Sequence record: SRR31156797_353
Strand: one strand, 5' to 3'
DNA: 57,505 nucleotides
Below are positions 40,200 to 49,863 of the stretch, in pieces. Numbering within the stretch: the first letter of the stretch is position 1; each line of letters opens with the position of its first letter. The notes under the pieces were generated by a model that ran no database searches, was not told the DNA's origin, and was given only the letters and a program-made list of their open reading frames with translations. The position numbers and the translations under genes were made by a program.

Positions 40200-41099
40200 T
40201 TAGTCTTTTTTGATCTGTAAGGGCAGGTTGAAGAGTATTAGACCGGAAAAAATAAAAATAATTCCAGTTATATGGTACGCCTGAAAACGCTCTTCCAGGA
40301 AAAACATAGCTAGTAAAGCTGTAAACAGTGGGAGTAGATTGATGTAGAGGCCAGCGCGGTTTGCCCCAATTTCGTAAATCCCGCGATTCCAACATAAATA
40401 GGCCAGAATGGAGGGAAATAAAGCAAGGTAAAACAAGCTGAAAATGACCGATTGTGAAAGTACCAAGGGGGGGCCAAATTGTCTTTCCCAAAGGTAGAGA
40501 GGTAACAGGAAGACAACACCAACAGCAAAAGTCGTGGTCAAAAAACTCAATGGGTGAATGTCTGGCCGTTTGCGTAGAAAGGCTGTGTAAATTGCGTAAA
40601 GGGTAATTGCCAGCAACATAATAAGATCGCCGATTACAAATTCCAGACCCGTTAGTCTCTGCATGTCTCCATGGATAATAATATAGCTGGCTCCGATTGC
40701 ACAAAGAACGATGGCAAACATCTGCCTTAGCGTAATACGATCACCAAACAGAAGAAAACTGATCAGGACAATAATGGCAGGCATAATAGATTGGGTGAGA
40801 GAAATATTAATAGCAGTGGTAGTGTGGGCTGCCGTGTAAAGAAGAACATTGAATGAAGCAATACCCAGCAATCCGAGTAGGATGATGTTTTTCCATCCTT
40901 TTTTTATCTCAGGCCAATCTTTCCTGACATGTGACCAAGTGAAAGGAATTAATACCGATAAGGCGATGACCCATCGCCAGAAAGCTAACGTGATCGGTGG
41001 AATTTGTTCGGCAACAAACCGTGCAAGTGTTGCATTTCCCGCCCAGAAAAGCGGGGGTAAGATCAGGAGCAGGTAAACCCACCGTGAGTTAGATTTCAT
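40200..41099 (-). CDS. DMT/EamA family transporter
   Basis: ~10 TMs, FWAGN, PITLAFWRW, GANRAGLYINLLP; start uncertain (41099 to 41180). Confidence 0.9.
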   Translation of the reverse strand: MKSNSRWVYLLLILPPLFWAGNATLARFVAEQIPPITLAFWRWVIALSVLIPFTWSHVRKDWPEIKKGWKNIILLGLLGIASFNVLLYTAAHTTTAINISLTQSIMPAIIVLISFLLFGDRITLRQMFAIVLCAIGASYIIIHGDMQRLTGLEFVIGDLIMLLAITLYAIYTAFLRKRPDIHPLSFLTTTFAVGVVFLLPLYLWERQFGPPLVLSQSVIFSLFYLALFPSILAYLCWNRGIYEIGANRAGLYINLLPLFTALLAMFFLEERFQAYHITGIIFIFSGLILFNLPLQIKKD

Positions 41100-41244
41100 T
41101 TCGGCTAACGTTGAGATTGCCGTATCAAAGATCGAGACATTTTCCTCTTTCCTTAAATGAAGGTGGGTGCCAATCACCAATGTTTAACTCATGATTTCTC
41201 ATGAGCAGTTACCTTACTCTTTGAGTGACCTGACTGCTGCGGCG

Positions 41245-42372
41245 TCACTTTTCTATCGCCTGAAATTTTTCAATGAATTTACGATCGATGTAGTCTTTGA
41301 GTTTGAATGCTAGCTTACCGCCAAAAATAACAGATGATTTGCAGAAAATCCCTTCATCGTTGCCCAGATTATAAATGAGCAAGTAAGAACCACCCGGCTG
41401 AAAGGGCTCCAGCGTTTCGCCTGCAAGGCTTGCCAGCAAATTATGGTACTACAATACTGGGTTTTCACGGACCGCATAGACACCAACCTTGTCCAGTGGT
41501 TCCGGTTCAAAATAAATACAATCCCCACCTCCAAAAATATTTGGATGAGTAGGGCATTGGAGGAAACGATTGACCAGAAGCCCTCCATCTGGACCAATGG
41601 GTAGCCCGGACTCAGCAAAAATAGATGAAGGCCGCACGCCCACAGCAGGAAAAATAATATCAGCAGGATGACTGGTGCCATCTTCCAGTTGGACGCGTCC
41701 CTTGTTGTCTATCTTTTTAACGTAGTTGCCTTCCAACACCTTCACGCCTCTTCTGGTTAGCGACGCAATGGCGAGTTTTCGAATTTTTGCAGGCTTACCA
41801 GGCATAATCTTTCTGCCTGTGTAAATGGTTATATGCGGTCGGTGTACTGCCTGACGTTGACAGAGTTGCTGCACGTTTCCGGCAATCTCTATCGAAGAAG
41901 GGCCACCGCCGATAATGGCTATATCAATATGACGTCCATTGCTCAACGAAAGAATTTTTTCCTGGGCTTGGAGCAAGCTCTCAATTGGTTTAGCTGTAAA
42001 AATTTCGGGGCTGTCTGTTTGTATTATATCACGAGGTACAGAGGAACCAGCATTGCATGAAAGGACATCGTATCTGATTTCCTGTTCTGAGCCTTCCAGG
42101 CGAACGACCTGCTTTTCCGGATCAATTGATGTTGCCCTACCCAAAACAAAGTCCCCGCCCTGTTGTTCCACCACCTTGCGGGTGGCAAAACGAATATCAC
42201 CAGGCTGGTAGGTTCCTCCCAACATTCCTGGTCCCATACCCGAGTAGTAGTGATGATCTGAGGGTTGAATAACAGTGAGGTCATACCCTTTGTCAATAAA
42301 AGTACAGACTCTGGTAAGGGTAACCATGTGGGCGTGACCACCGCCTATAAGAACCAATCTTTTTTTTTTCAT
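41245..42372 (-). pseudogene. NAD(P)/FAD-dependent oxidoreductase (resembles the N-terminal domain of SelD fusions), interrupted by an in-frame TAG at 41449-41451
   Basis: LVLIGGGHAH, YSGMGPG, IIGGG...E, GGGDC, KVGVYAVRE; the frame continues after TAG (YHNLLASL...KDYIDRKF). Confidence 0.8.
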
Positions 42373-42382
42373 TTTTCTCCCC

Positions 42383-43216
42383 TTACGCCATTGTATCGAG
42401 ATATTGGGTTAATTTGCTTATGTGGGTACGCTCTTCATTAGCAATATGCTGTAGGACCTCGCCTATCTCTGCCTGCTCAGCTTTATCTGCAGCTCGCTGA
42501 TACAGGTCAAGCGCCTGTGCTTCTATTGATATGGCAAGAGAGAGAATGTCCAGTTCTGATTCTAGGTCTGGGCTAAAGCGTGCCATATATTGTGCAGTGG
42601 TCAAACCCCCTTCCATGGCTGGCTGCACCATTTTTTCCAAAAAAGTATCCTCAGGCAAGCTTGTTCCTGTCACTTGAGTGTAGAGCGTCAACAATTGTTT
42701 TTGGTGCAGTATTTCAATATCGGCAAGCATCTGGAAGAGGTGCCTGGCTTCCTTTGTCGCGACATTTTCCTGCATATCGAGATAGAATTCCCGCAAGCCA
42801 TGTTCTAAGCCATAGCCGATAATGATTGTTTGCTCTGCGCTTTCCGCTCCGTTAAAGAGTTCTAGGCCAAGCTCAGGAAAACCGACGGCTACCTCGTTTT
42901 TCCATGCCTTGATACCTCCACTCAGGTTGTAAATTCGTGCAAACCCTTTTCCTGCCAACATTTGCGCAGCTACACGGCTGCGACCACCAATGGCTCAGTA
43001 GACAACGACATGCTTGTTGGAATCAATTTCTCCGAGTTTTTTATCCAATTCTCCCATGGGAACAAGAAGTGAGCCAGGGATATGCCCTGCTGCATATTCC
43101 TTAGGTTGACGGACATCAAGAAAAGTGACATTGCCTGCATCTTCATCAGCGACTAGTTTTTTGGCTTGATTGGCGTCAATTGAAGTGACTGGAGTAAAAA
43201 ATTGTTTCCATAACAT
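42383..43216 (-). CDS. Selenocysteine-containing rhodanese fused to a ferritin/rubrerythrin-like domain (Sec74)
   Basis: The two listed ORFs are in frame across TGA 42995-42997: LDVRQPKEY..GHIPG..VVVY-U-AIGGRSRVAAQML..GGIKAW; C-terminal E/ExxH pairs; GAGGAGG RBS before ATG 43216. Confidence 0.88.
42959..42994 (-). promoter_or_regulatory. Bacterial SECIS-like hairpin
   Basis: After UGA: CAUU..CGCAGC-CGUGUA-GCUGCG..AAUG; the apical loop starts 18 nt downstream and contains GU. Confidence 0.75.
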
Positions 43217-43771
43217 AGCAAACCTCCTCAGTTCGGGTGAGAGCACTTTTGTGCTGCTGGTAGGACAGTAGCCTCTTCTGCAATCTGTCTTGGTCGGCAG
43301 GGAAAAGATGCCAATGTGGGATCTCATAGTATAAACCATGCCTAAAGCGCTGTGAAATATTGATTTGTTATCTTGAGAGTAGTAGTGCTGACCTCTGGGC
43401 TTTTGGTTTAGACTCGGTCACGGGTGATGAAATGCTTCATCCGCAGTATAGAACCCCTCTGTTCTGAGACCATATATTGACCTCTAAGATGTCATTATCA
43501 TTTAAAAGTAAGGTGAGCAATAACATGAAATGTCGGCTCTGATTTTTCCCTTGTCATGGTAGCCAAATCATCATGGTTTTTGTGAGTTATTTATGGACAT
43601 ATGGACTATCTCATTTAAAATGTAGAGTGAAAAATGAGGATTTAGCCATGATTGATAAATTATGTTAATAATCATTTCTACTACTCTACCACTCGTCTTT
43701 AATCTACAGGAAATACACCCTTAGCCGGGCGGCGTTTTCGGCGAAATACTATTCAATCTACCTTTTTAGCC

Positions 43772-46039
43772 ATGGATATCACTGAACTGAGCGAACTGTT
43801 TTACGAACTTGTTTATCCGAGCATGCCCAGTGAGGTTGATGTTGAAGAAAGTCTGCAGTCGCTTGTAGGCGAAAATGAAGATACTGTCACCGATATATTG
43901 CGGCAGGTGCCCATTATTTGGCCTGTTTCTTACTCACTGTGTTTTGCGTATTTGGCAAATGTGCATAAAGCAATACCGTATATCACGTGGGATAATCTTG
44001 ATATATGGGTAAAAGAATTGCTTGAGCAGTATGAGGAACAAGGGCTGCATTTTGTTCTGGCTCGGATAAAAACAGTGCGCTTTTCCAGTTCACGACTGGA
44101 GGTACAAAAAGGTCTGCGGCTGGATGATGTGCGAGGACGATTGCAGTTGTATCTTAATGGTCTGGCTGGGAGGGAAGTGCCACTTATAGCCTCAGGTACA
44201 ACCTATACCGATACCCGCTCAATTTTCGTGCCTTGGGAGTTAAATATCTTTGAGGATGACAACGATACTTTTCTCCTCTACAAATGTCTTATTTCATTTC
44301 AATGGGCATCTCAAAAATTAGGCACTGTCGGTATCCGTGGTTATGGGAATACATCTGGGAAAATGAACCATCCGCTGCAGGTTTTTTTTACATCAGGCTC
44401 GGATCCTCTGATGATTATGCAGTTGTATCATTTTTTTGAAATGGTCCGGACACTTTCTTTTTTGCGCAGAGAATTACCTGGTCTCATGAAATCTTTTACG
44501 AGCATTGCTCCTCGACTGCGTCGCCTTTTGCCTGAGACTGCAAATTCAACAGACCTTATCCTTTGTCTTCAACATCTGCTGCTTGAAGGAGCCGGATTTG
44601 ACGGTACATCATCTTCCCTCATGAATCGGATTGCGCACTGGGTGAGGCAATGCGAGGATCAGAAGGCTCTGCGCACAACCAGTCAGCGTGCTGCATCAGA
44701 TATTGCTGCTCTTGTAGGCAAAGACAGTCTTTATTCCTGGGAGAGCGAACCCCTTGTTTTTCAAGGTGAGCTACGCCTTAATGAGGTAATGGCTGCCATT
44801 AAAGAGCAGCGAATATTGCAGCAGCAGGACTTTATTGAAACATTTTCTTCCTATTTAGCTGAGTCTAAAGAGTATGATGTGGTTGGAGAGACTGTCGCAG
44901 ATCAATCTGATGACGGACGTCCTGACTGCCTGGATCAGTCAGCAGATATTATAAGAGGGCTCGACGAAGAGAAACAGGCTGGAAAACCAGTATACATTCT
45001 GCTGGGGGAACAAAAGATCGAGCTTAATGAAGAGCTTGCAGAACTTACAGAGGAGATTGTCGAGGACCTGGGACATCTGCCTGCTGATTACGTTAACCTT
45101 GCAGTCATGGAAGCCGATCAAAGTTGGGGACTGGCAGGTGATAAGGGCAATGATGCTGTGCAGACAGCTGCACGGTTTAAGTATAATGAGTGGGACTATA
45201 GGCGTAAAGGGTTTCGTAAAGATTGGTGCGTTGTTACAGAAAAGCCTGTCCAACCAATGCCGTCTTCTTTTGTGGAAGACACCCTGGGTAAATATCGGTA
45301 TCAGATAGCAATGCTCAAGAGACAGTTTGAGATGTTGCAGACCACAACCAGATATGTCTACAGACAGAAGGAAGGAGATGATATCGATTTTGATGCAGTG
45401 GTGGAATCAATTGCAGATTCCAGGGCAGGCTATACACCTTCTGACAATCTGTTCATTCGTCTGTTGCCAGATCAACGCGATATAGCGGTTTTATTTTTGG
45501 TGGATATGTCGAGTTCCACCGAGGGATGGGTCGGGAGATCTATCAAGGAAGCACTTATTTTAATAAGTGAGGCCATGGAGATGCTCAATGACAGGTATGG
45601 GATCTATGGATTTTCAGGCAGGTGTCGCTTGGGTTGTGAGATCTTTCCTGTCAAATCTCTTGATGAAAAGCATTGTGCCGAGATCAGGCAGCGAATAGCA
45701 GGTATTTCACCGAAAGAATACACACGCATGGGGCCAGCCATCAGGCATATGTTATCACTTTTTCAGCAGGTTGATGCTGCCTTGCGTTTGTTGGTGATAC
45801 TTTCTGATGGCAAACCCAAAGACTACGACGATTATAAGGATGAGTATGCCATTGAAGACACACGCCATGCCTTGTTTGAAGCGCAAGCTGCCGGTATTCA
45901 TCCATTTTGCATCACCATTGACGAGCAGGCTCACTCATATATGAGCCATATGTATGGCCCAGCCCATTTTATTTTTGTCGATAATCTGAAGAAGTTACCA
46001 ACGCTTATGCCGGAAATTTATCGTACTTTGACCACGTGA
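43772..46039 (+). CDS. NorD/CbbO-like von Willebrand factor A domain protein
   Basis: YNEWDY, EGDDIDFDA, MIDAS DMSSST, YTRMGPAIRH, LSDGKP, PFCITID. Confidence 0.88.
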   Translation: MDITELSELFYELVYPSMPSEVDVEESLQSLVGENEDTVTDILRQVPIIWPVSYSLCFAYLANVHKAIPYITWDNLDIWVKELLEQYEEQGLHFVLARIKTVRFSSSRLEVQKGLRLDDVRGRLQLYLNGLAGREVPLIASGTTYTDTRSIFVPWELNIFEDDNDTFLLYKCLISFQWASQKLGTVGIRGYGNTSGKMNHPLQVFFTSGSDPLMIMQLYHFFEMVRTLSFLRRELPGLMKSFTSIAPRLRRLLPETANSTDLILCLQHLLLEGAGFDGTSSSLMNRIAHWVRQCEDQKALRTTSQRAASDIAALVGKDSLYSWESEPLVFQGELRLNEVMAAIKEQRILQQQDFIETFSSYLAESKEYDVVGETVADQSDDGRPDCLDQSADIIRGLDEEKQAGKPVYILLGEQKIELNEELAELTEEIVEDLGHLPADYVNLAVMEADQSWGLAGDKGNDAVQTAARFKYNEWDYRRKGFRKDWCVVTEKPVQPMPSSFVEDTLGKYRYQIAMLKRQFEMLQTTTRYVYRQKEGDDIDFDAVVESIADSRAGYTPSDNLFIRLLPDQRDIAVLFLVDMSSSTEGWVGRSIKEALILISEAMEMLNDRYGIYGFSGRCRLGCEIFPVKSLDEKHCAEIRQRIAGISPKEYTRMGPAIRHMLSLFQQVDAALRLLVILSDGKPKDYDDYKDEYAIEDTRHALFEAQAAGIHPFCITIDEQAHSYMSHMYGPAHFIFVDNLKKLPTLMPEIYRTLTT

Positions 46040-46073
46040 ATTTTTTAGGTGGAGAAAAGGTAACTTTTCGTTA

Positions 46074-48350
46074 TCAAATGTAATATTTCGCGCTGGTCAC
46101 GACCTCCCTAATTTTGGCAGCAAACTCTTTTTTGGTAAATGGTTTTTGCAGCAAAGAGACATCCTGGCCTAGGACGCCTCTTCTAACAATATCGTCGGAC
46201 GAATAACCAGAGATGAACAGCACTTTGATTGCGGGGTGAATTTTCTCTAATCGATTTGCCAAGTCACGTCCATTCAGTTCAGGCATGACCACGTCGCTAA
46301 TCAGTAGATCGATTGGTTCCGGGTGGTTCTCGGCTATAACAATGGCTTCCATTGCTGAGTCTGTTGCTATGACGTGGTAGCCAAGTGCCCTGAGCATTCT
46401 TTTTGCTAAATTGAGTATTGCAGCTTCGTCTTCCACCAGCAGCACGGTTTCATTATTGCCAATAGGTGATTCTACAGTGCTTTTTGTAAGAGCTTCAACG
46501 GGCTGATCGGTTGATTTGGGCAGGTATATTTCAAAAGTACTGCCATAGCCGAGTTCACTCTCAACATGAATAAATCCATTGTTTTGTTTAATTGTACCAT
46601 ATACGGTAGACAGGCCGAGTCCGGTTCCCTTGCCACTGGTCTTGGTGCTGAAAAAAGGTTCGAAAAGGTTATCTAAAATTGTTGAGTCCATTCCTGCGCC
46701 GTCGTCGCTCACTGTTAGTCGAACAAATTCACCGGGAACGAACCCTTGTTGCAGGGAACAAGAGCTTTCGTCAAGCTCGATGTTCGCCGTTTTGATGATG
46801 ATTTTTCCCACGCCGCTTATGGCGTCTCTTGCGTTGACACAGAGATTGGCCAGGACCTGATCAATTTGAGAGGGATCGATTTTAATTGGCCAGATTTGCT
46901 TCTCTGGGTACCAAGCAAGTTCAATATCCTCTCCGATCAGCGGGTGGAGCATTTTAAGCATGCTCTGTACAGCATCATTGATATTGAGAATTTTGGGAGC
47001 TATGGCCTGGCGGCGCGCAAAGGCCAATAATTGGCGGGTTAGTTCTTTTGAGCGATTGGCCGCATCAACTATTTTGTGGAGATAGCGATACAAAGGGGTG
47101 TCGGTTGATATCCTTTCAAGTGCCATTTCTGAATAGCCGGTAATTACTCCGAGCATATTATTATAATCGTGGGCAACCCCGCCTGCCAACCTACCTATAG
47201 CTTCCATTTTTTGACTTTGGTGCAACTGCTTTTCAATGTCTTGGCGATGTTGTTCCGCCAAACCAAGACGTGTGCTCATATTGTTGAATTCGTCAACCAA
47301 CGTTGACAGGGTGTTGGTCGGCATGGCTTCGATTCTGTGTGAGAAATTGCCGCCGGATATCTGTTGAAAGGCTTGTTGGAGTCGTTCCGACGCCGCCTCT
47401 TCCATCGCTGTCTTGGGAAGACCCGAAAAGAGAATCCAATCAACACCAGGAACATGATTGTGACTGTATACCCAATCTGTGCCAGCAGAGTCTGTTATCG
47501 GCACTACGCCAGCTCCTTTTACGATAAGCTCTGCCAAGTCCAGATTCTGCCAATGTTTACCGAGCTCAGACAAAGGGTGCAGGAAAACAGATCCCTGTGT
47601 CTGGTCAATTTGAGCATGTAGTTTTTCGTGCAACACAAGCATGCCTTGGTTGTTCACAATGAACTGATTTTGCAGGGGAAAAGGTTTTGACGAGGCAAAA
47701 TCGCGGTAGAGGTATCGGATAGGCAGATCAATGCTCCACAAGCCAATAAAGGCATTTTTTCGCCAGACTGGAATGGAAACGGAAAGAATTATACCTTCGC
47801 CTGCATAATCGACAGTGGGAGAAGTCCAGCGGATTTGACGTTGCGGATTATTTTTCGGGCATACAGATAAAAAGGTGTGATAGGTCGTCCAATCGAAATC
47901 AAATGTAATAGCCTTGCGTTGATCTATGAAAGGATATTGCAAGGAGGCATTGGCGGCATCTTGGTAATAAATCCAGCCTATATCCCCCAAACGGTCGTGA
48001 ATATGCTTGAGATGATTGCCGATTTGACGATGGCAGTACATACGCTGTCGTACAGTCGGGTCAGTTTCGAGTTGTTTTCCCCAGGAAATACTGAAAGAGT
48101 CTTTGGGTGCAGTGCCTCGCCTAAAAGCAGACAACAACGGTTTACTTTGGAAAAAACCGTCTTTGTCTACAGCAAAACCCTCCATTTTCAGCCATTCATC
48201 GATTTTGTTATCTGGGGCGGTGTCAATACTCATCAATAGCTGAGTGGTTCGCTGCAGTTCCTCCAACGCATTGTATAATCTGTCAACCTGTTGGGAAAGA
48301 ATGGCACGATATCTTTCCTGCTGCCAGCTTAAGGCTTCTATTTCATACAT
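46074..48350 (-). CDS. Hybrid histidine kinase: Cache-like sensor, HAMP, HisKA, HATPase, REC; no obvious TM
   Basis: RWTSPTVD..G...SVSIPV..GLWSIDL Cache-type motif; AGGVAHDYNN; VLLVEDE/SDVVMP; likely start ATG 48350. Confidence 0.88.
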   Translation of the reverse strand: MYEIEALSWQQERYRAILSQQVDRLYNALEELQRTTQLLMSIDTAPDNKIDEWLKMEGFAVDKDGFFQSKPLLSAFRRGTAPKDSFSISWGKQLETDPTVRQRMYCHRQIGNHLKHIHDRLGDIGWIYYQDAANASLQYPFIDQRKAITFDFDWTTYHTFLSVCPKNNPQRQIRWTSPTVDYAGEGIILSVSIPVWRKNAFIGLWSIDLPIRYLYRDFASSKPFPLQNQFIVNNQGMLVLHEKLHAQIDQTQGSVFLHPLSELGKHWQNLDLAELIVKGAGVVPITDSAGTDWVYSHNHVPGVDWILFSGLPKTAMEEAASERLQQAFQQISGGNFSHRIEAMPTNTLSTLVDEFNNMSTRLGLAEQHRQDIEKQLHQSQKMEAIGRLAGGVAHDYNNMLGVITGYSEMALERISTDTPLYRYLHKIVDAANRSKELTRQLLAFARRQAIAPKILNINDAVQSMLKMLHPLIGEDIELAWYPEKQIWPIKIDPSQIDQVLANLCVNARDAISGVGKIIIKTANIELDESSCSLQQGFVPGEFVRLTVSDDGAGMDSTILDNLFEPFFSTKTSGKGTGLGLSTVYGTIKQNNGFIHVESELGYGSTFEIYLPKSTDQPVEALTKSTVESPIGNNETVLLVEDEAAILNLAKRMLRALGYHVIATDSAMEAIVIAENHPEPIDLLISDVVMPELNGRDLANRLEKIHPAIKVLFISGYSSDDIVRRGVLGQDVSLLQKPFTKKEFAAKIREVVTSAKYYI

Positions 48351-48466
48351 AACCTGAATCTCTGTAAAATAATAAAAAGAAAATCGCGGGAAATAAACCT
48401 TGTGCCAGGTCCTCTTGGGTAAAGGGGACCTCATCGGGCCACCGGATAAGATTGAAAATAGAGAGT

Positions 48467-49459
48467 TTATATACTCTTATTGTCTAGCATTATTTTCCAT
48501 TCTGCAGGGCTATTTTGTTGGCTTTCATTTTTCCACGCACTAGCAATCCCAATGTCATAGCCATAAATTGCATTTATCATTAAAGAGTCTTTCGAGGAAA
48601 GAGAAGGGTATGAGTTGATAACAATTTCTGCAATTTCACCTATAGATTTTTTGAAATTTTCAGGCTGGTATTTCAACACCGCATTTACTGCAAGATAAGT
48701 ATGTTCATTCTGGTTGTCACTGCTTGAGTCGTATGTCCAACTTGATCCACTTGAGAGTGTCGAATAATGGACAATGCCAGAGGCCTGTATTTGTTCTTGG
48801 GTAATGAGCAGCTCCGTGAATAATTTTTTTTGGGCAAGTCCAGGTATTATGACTGTTGTTCCACCAATAATCAGGATAAGAAAAATCCCAATAGTTACCA
48901 TGTGTCCTTTCCATACAGTTTCACCTGCTATAGATTTATTAATAGTTATGACATAGGTTCCCACGACCAAATCGTGTAGCGATTGCCTGGTTTTCCTATT
49001 AAATATGTAAAGGTAGATTGTTGTTCCGCCTATGAAAAAAACTATCAAAGCTAGTAAAATAAGGACCACTGGACGGTGCATGATATCTGGTGATATGGGG
49101 GCACCATTAAAGAAAAAAGGAAGTCCAAGCACTGTATAGCGAAGCAAAGATTTGTGGAGTGATATTGGATCGCCATTTGCCCCAACAACTTGGATTTTGA
49201 ATATTTTTTTCCCTAGAGTCTGGCCGCCAAGAAGAGAGCTGTTCGCAAAACCAAAATAAGCTAGGGCAATGGCAAAACCTATTAAGCGGCCATAGCCGCC
49301 AAGTTGAGCGAAAAAATCGTAGCCAACTGAGCCAATAAGAAGGCCTACTATCCCTAGCAAAATACTATCAATTGCTAGGGCGAATAATCGACGCCAGAAG
49401 CCACAAATCGCTTTTGTCTGGTGAAAATTATTTTCCGTGGAAACTGCTTGTTGGTTCAA
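48467..49459 (-). CDS. RDD family membrane protein
   Basis: GFWRRLFALAID, GQTLGK, RQSLHDLVVGT. Confidence 0.88.
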   Translation of the reverse strand: MNQQAVSTENNFHQTKAICGFWRRLFALAIDSILLGIVGLLIGSVGYDFFAQLGGYGRLIGFAIALAYFGFANSSLLGGQTLGKKIFKIQVVGANGDPISLHKSLLRYTVLGLPFFFNGAPISPDIMHRPVVLILLALIVFFIGGTTIYLYIFNRKTRQSLHDLVVGTYVITINKSIAGETVWKGHMVTIGIFLILIIGGTTVIIPGLAQKKLFTELLITQEQIQASGIVHYSTLSSGSSWTYDSSSDNQNEHTYLAVNAVLKYQPENFKKSIGEIAEIVINSYPSLSSKDSLMINAIYGYDIGIASAWKNESQQNSPAEWKIMLDNKSI

Positions 49460-49814
49460 AATTATTTATCCTTATTTTGAGGATCCTTTAGAGCAGAACG
49501 TTTAGGCCGGGTTGTATCCGCAATACGGAGCAACCAGGTTCTAAAAATCTGAACTATTGGTGGTTAAGGTTAGGGCCTGACAAAAAACAGAATATTGGGG
49601 GCGTGGTGTAAGTCCTGCGCGTGTTTTATGGCATGTAAGTAGGCTAGCATAAAATAGGAACCAATAGCAAGTTCGCTACAGGAAGGAGGGGGGGAAGGAA
49701 ACCAGAGAGGATACTTCCCTCATTCATGGACAGGCACGAGTTAACAAAAGACTGCTGCCATCGGAAACAATGATTACAAGTAATATCGGGACGCGAGAAA
49801 GAAAAGGACAGCTC

Positions 49815-49856
49815 GAAAAGAAAACCTACCCCTGGAATATGATCCGGAGGTAGGCT
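49815..49856 (-). terminator. Rho-independent terminator of the symporter-amidohydrolase operon
   Basis: Minus strand CCTACCTCCGGA-TCATAT-TCCAGGGGTAGG-TTTTCTTTT, just after the stop at 49864. Confidence 0.75.
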
Positions 49857-49863
49857 CGTGAGC

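Noticed and set aside
41449-41451. Pyrrolysine codon
   Set aside because: The TAG is explained by a GTA duplication and is not at a known Pyl position; no pyl genes are in the window. Kept only as a check.
42995-43339. Listed 114-aa ORF as a standalone rhodanese or a pseudogene
   Set aside because: The stop is TGA at the catalytic residue with a SECIS-like hairpin and in-frame continuation; the real start is ATG 43216 with a strong RBS.
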